From the NCBI GenBank assembly GCA_030704615.1, contig CM060733.1, forward strand, positions 67,952,001-68,016,000: 64,000 nucleotides of DNA, in the 5' to 3' direction. This DNA comes from Takakia lepidozioides. Its lineage: Eukaryota; Plantae; Bryophyta. This document shows positions 61,201-64,000 of the stretch, piece after piece. Numbering within the stretch: position 1 is the stretch's first letter; each line of letters opens with the position of its first letter. The translations under genes were made by a program, and so were the position numbers. The notes under the pieces are model-generated. The model did not search any database. It had not been told where the DNA came from and saw only the letters and a program-made list of their open reading frames with translations.

Positions 61201-63634
61201 GATGGAGTCAATGCTGAGTTTGGATCGAGAGGAAATGCGACGGTTCATTTTTTTATCTAGTCTGGAATAGACAGATCCTTTCTTGACAAGCCCTATCTCT
61301 CTCTCTTTCAGCTCGGAAGCAAGACTGTCCTGTTATACAGGCTAAGTCCTGACGGTGAAGGGTAGAGGAAATTTTCAACATACCTGAATATTGGGCAGGA
61401 AGAACTGTCCCTGCTAGATGAGGCTGAAGTGTTCCACAGGGATCACTTACCTGTTGGTTTGGTGGTTGGCTGTGATGGATCCAGGTGACTGCACTTCACC
61501 TTCTTTTATTGCTGGGATTGCTACTAAGGGCAAGAGTCTAAGGGAAGTTGAACGCTTTGGGTTCTTTCAGATCTTGGATGACTGGGTGTGCATGTGTTGC
61601 TTTCCTACATACACAATCATTATGAAATGCTTCAAGAGATGGTGGAAAGACAGGAGGATGTGGAAACACAGAAGGGAGTTGCCTTTTTATTGACACTAAA
61701 CTACGAATTTGCTACCGTTGCTACTGCTTCCGAGTATATGAAAGTGACAAGGAAGCCTTTTCTCTGTGACCTGCCCATCTAGTGTGCATCTGAATTGCCG
61801 CTTAGAATACCCTACATCTAAAGGATATGACAAAGGTATGCAGGCAGACTTGGGTAGAGGCAGTTTGATGGTGCCTAAATCAGGCTGTATGGTGTCATAA
61901 AAAAGCTCTCTCTGAGTCTCCCTCCCACCGACAGAACTTCAAAGCTGAAACTCCTAGCAGGGGTAACACTAAGGTAACAGCAAAAACATCAAGATGATGA
62001 CCTTGATGTTTTTGCTGTTACCTTAGTGTTACCCCTGCTAGGAGTTTCAGCTTTGAAGTTCTGTCGGTGGGAGGGAGACTCAGAGAGAGCTTTTTTATGA
62101 CACCATACAGCCTGATTTAGGCACCATCAAACTGCCTCTACCCAAGTCTGCCTGCATACCTTTGTCATATCCTTTAGATGTAGGGTATTCTAAGCGGCAA
62201 TTCAGATGCACACTAGATGGGCATCAGAGGTCTTGCAGAGGGAGCCTAGCAAACAATTGTTGGCATAAACCTGCCTCGTAGTTTACTTTAAAAACCATCC
62301 TGTGATATTTCAAGGATAGCAATGTTGTCCTGACCTCATAAACAACATGCTGGAATAGATTAACACAGTACCTGCTGCTTTAGCACCCTCTCCTCCTTCA
62401 ATACAGCCTTGACTTTAAGCGAAGCCTCCAACGCTTCTACTTCTCTCTTGAGCAACCGAATTCTCGCAAGGTCAGCTGTTGACAGTCGTTCCCTCCCAGA
62501 GACTACACTTGAAGCTTCTGATTCTTTGACCAACAATTCAAGTTTTCCCAATGCAATCTCCACACTCTGCAGTTCCTGCGGTGAAAACCCCCAGAGTGCC
62601 CACAGTCAATCATCAAGAGGACAGTTATCAATTAGAGGATGTGCAGATTATTACTTCAAAGAACAACAGGAAAGGACATGCATATAGTCCTTGACAAGCA
62701 GCTCTCATGAAAGCAAATCAATATCTAGACAGAAAGAAGAAAAAATCATTTGCGCCTTTAAAAAGACAACAGTACAGTAAAGGGGGTTAATACTGTTGGT
62801 TCCATCGTTGTGGGACATTGGGTTCAATGTGGAGTGAAACTGAAACTAGTGACAAAAAATGCAGGTGATAAACAGAGGGAGAGAACCTCATCAAACAGCT
62901 TTAGTTGCCGCTCCATCTCTTGTACCACCCAACTGCTACTGGTCTGCTCAACTACTGCTCTCTCTTGGAAATCCCAATACACCAGCCTATCCAACTTCCT
63001 GTCAACTTCCCTTATCCTGTCCCTGTACCCAGACAAGGAGAAGTTGTCTGTTGACAAGGTAAAGACGTGGTCAACTTTCTTGACAGAACTTTAAAAAGGC
63101 GTATCTTCCTTTATGACTGTACTTGTAGGAAAAGCACTGCAAGCATACATTTTTCCTCCTGTATGGCAACCCAATGCTCCCTGACAACATTGCTTCACCA
63201 AAAACAACAAGAAAGCTGACTGACCTGGGACCATCATCTTTTGTACTGTACAAACAATTTGGCTACAAAACAGCAACTGATCAGCCTTGTCCTCACTGTT
63301 TGCAACTTTCTTTATGCATCACTCTCTCACAACAGGCTAGAAATAGAAAGTCCAGCACTGTACTTGATTCACTAAAGATCAGTTTTAAAAAGTAAATCGG
63401 ACCCAACCTTACTGAAAGAAACCTGGCAGCCCGAACGCCAGATTGTTGCTGCACCCAACTGCTGTGATGGACAAAACCATTAACCCACAGAGAGCATGTC
63501 TGGAGTGCTGCAGCGATGATCATCCTCTTCTCGGCTTTACTAACCCCTGACTTCATTCTGCCATTTTCGCCATGAGCTGCCGCTCGTTGAATGCCTGGAT
63601 AAAATGGCAGCCACTCCATCTCCTCACATACCAC
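55269..63634 (-). CDS. LETM1-domain plant protein (At3g11560-like), 3' exons only. Supported exons: 63634-~63410, ~63025-62887, 62575-62372, 57577-57422, 56431-56276, 56089-55919, 55421-55269; further exons likely at 60.4-61.6 kb and beyond the window
   Basis: VVCEEMEWLPFYPG; VEIALGKLELL..DLARIRLLKREVEALEAS; FELLRGELAALESRL; SIEKLKDASS/DVWRGTQLLGTDV..R...G..LT.RE.K.L.RTLTDLASVIPIGFLMLLP; IPSAYAPERLDVLRRLEQV; GT-AG boundaries. Confidence 0.85.
56514..57373 (-). mobile_element. 5'-truncated LINE (RTE/RTEX-like 3' end) in a LETM1 intron
   Basis: KLRAGSL.LN..C.C..CG knuckle; flanked by imperfect 18-bp direct repeats GGAACAGGGCnnAATAGA (56496-56513 and 57374-57391). Confidence 0.85.
58274..60162 (+). 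mobile_element. Four head-to-tail 5'-truncated copies of the same LINE (~58277-58883, 58892-59061, 59083-59352, 59367-60162)
   Basis: Each ends ...GGCCACAAGGCTA...ATGAGTACA; ORF 59573-60070 has RLKFKVRAGSIPLN..CPMCGQPEDNIHFLNHCP.Y..R; the TCTCTAATGC target is repeated at the junctions. Confidence 0.9.
61772..62223. repeat. Perfect inverted repeat, 222-bp arms (61772-61993 and 62002-62223) with an 8-nt loop, intronic
   Basis: Arms compared base by base by eye, no mismatch seen; loop ATGATGAC. Confidence 0.95.
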
Positions 63635-64000
63635 CTGCAAATGAAATTTGTTTCCTCTCAGATCTTACTAACAAGGTAACCAGGTACAGCATTTACCTCT
63701 GCCTTAAACAACCAGTGACATATTGTGTAAATCATTCCCAACTAACAAACTCTTTCTCCAGTCTTGGGAGATCAAAATACCAGAGGAAATACCCACAACC
63801 AATATGAAAGTGGTGTGTCCAGCTTGGTCTATTTAGCTGTAAAGGCAGGGAGGCATCTGACATTCTCCTGTGTTAGGTTGTCATGAAACCCCAACTCAGC
63901 AGCTGAGAAAATACACCCTCTACGCTGTCCCTCGAAACCACACATATGTCCAAAATTTTCTGACAAGCAACCATAAAAGTTCTTGAAAGGACCTCAAAGA

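Noticed and set aside
61772-62223. MITE
   Set aside because: No TSD or recognisable superfamily terminus; kept as an unexplained inverted repeat.

Overview
Eukaryotic land-plant nuclear DNA with GT-AG introns. The PLS-type PPR fragments tentatively suggest a non-seed lineage such as a hornwort, lycophyte or fern. Two host genes, both on the minus strand, bracket about 45 kb of nested, decayed transposons: a complete 5-exon COBRA-like gene (4621-8405) and the 3' part of a LETM1-domain gene (55269 to beyond the window). The main signal is a Ty3/Gypsy family, present in two copies (22278-35640 and 46910-50721), whose pol places a DNMT3-like cytosine-5 methyltransferase between protease and RT; copy 1 also ends in a PHD finger after the integrase. 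Copy 1 is split inside the methyltransferase by a 6003-bp non-autonomous CACTA (19-bp TIRs, TTT TSD) carrying PPR fragments. A separate CACTA (10034 to about 17400) carries, besides Tnp2, a degenerate SET domain that the ORF track does not reveal. Also present: a chromovirus integrase-chromodomain fragment, a second gag+PHD element, a MULE, a hAT remnant, serially nested LINE 3' ends, a perfect 222-bp-arm hairpin in an intron, and a 2-kb phased array of 30-bp palindromes next to a ParB-like/amino-MTase-like fragment. All domain calls come from motif recognition by eye; no searches were run.
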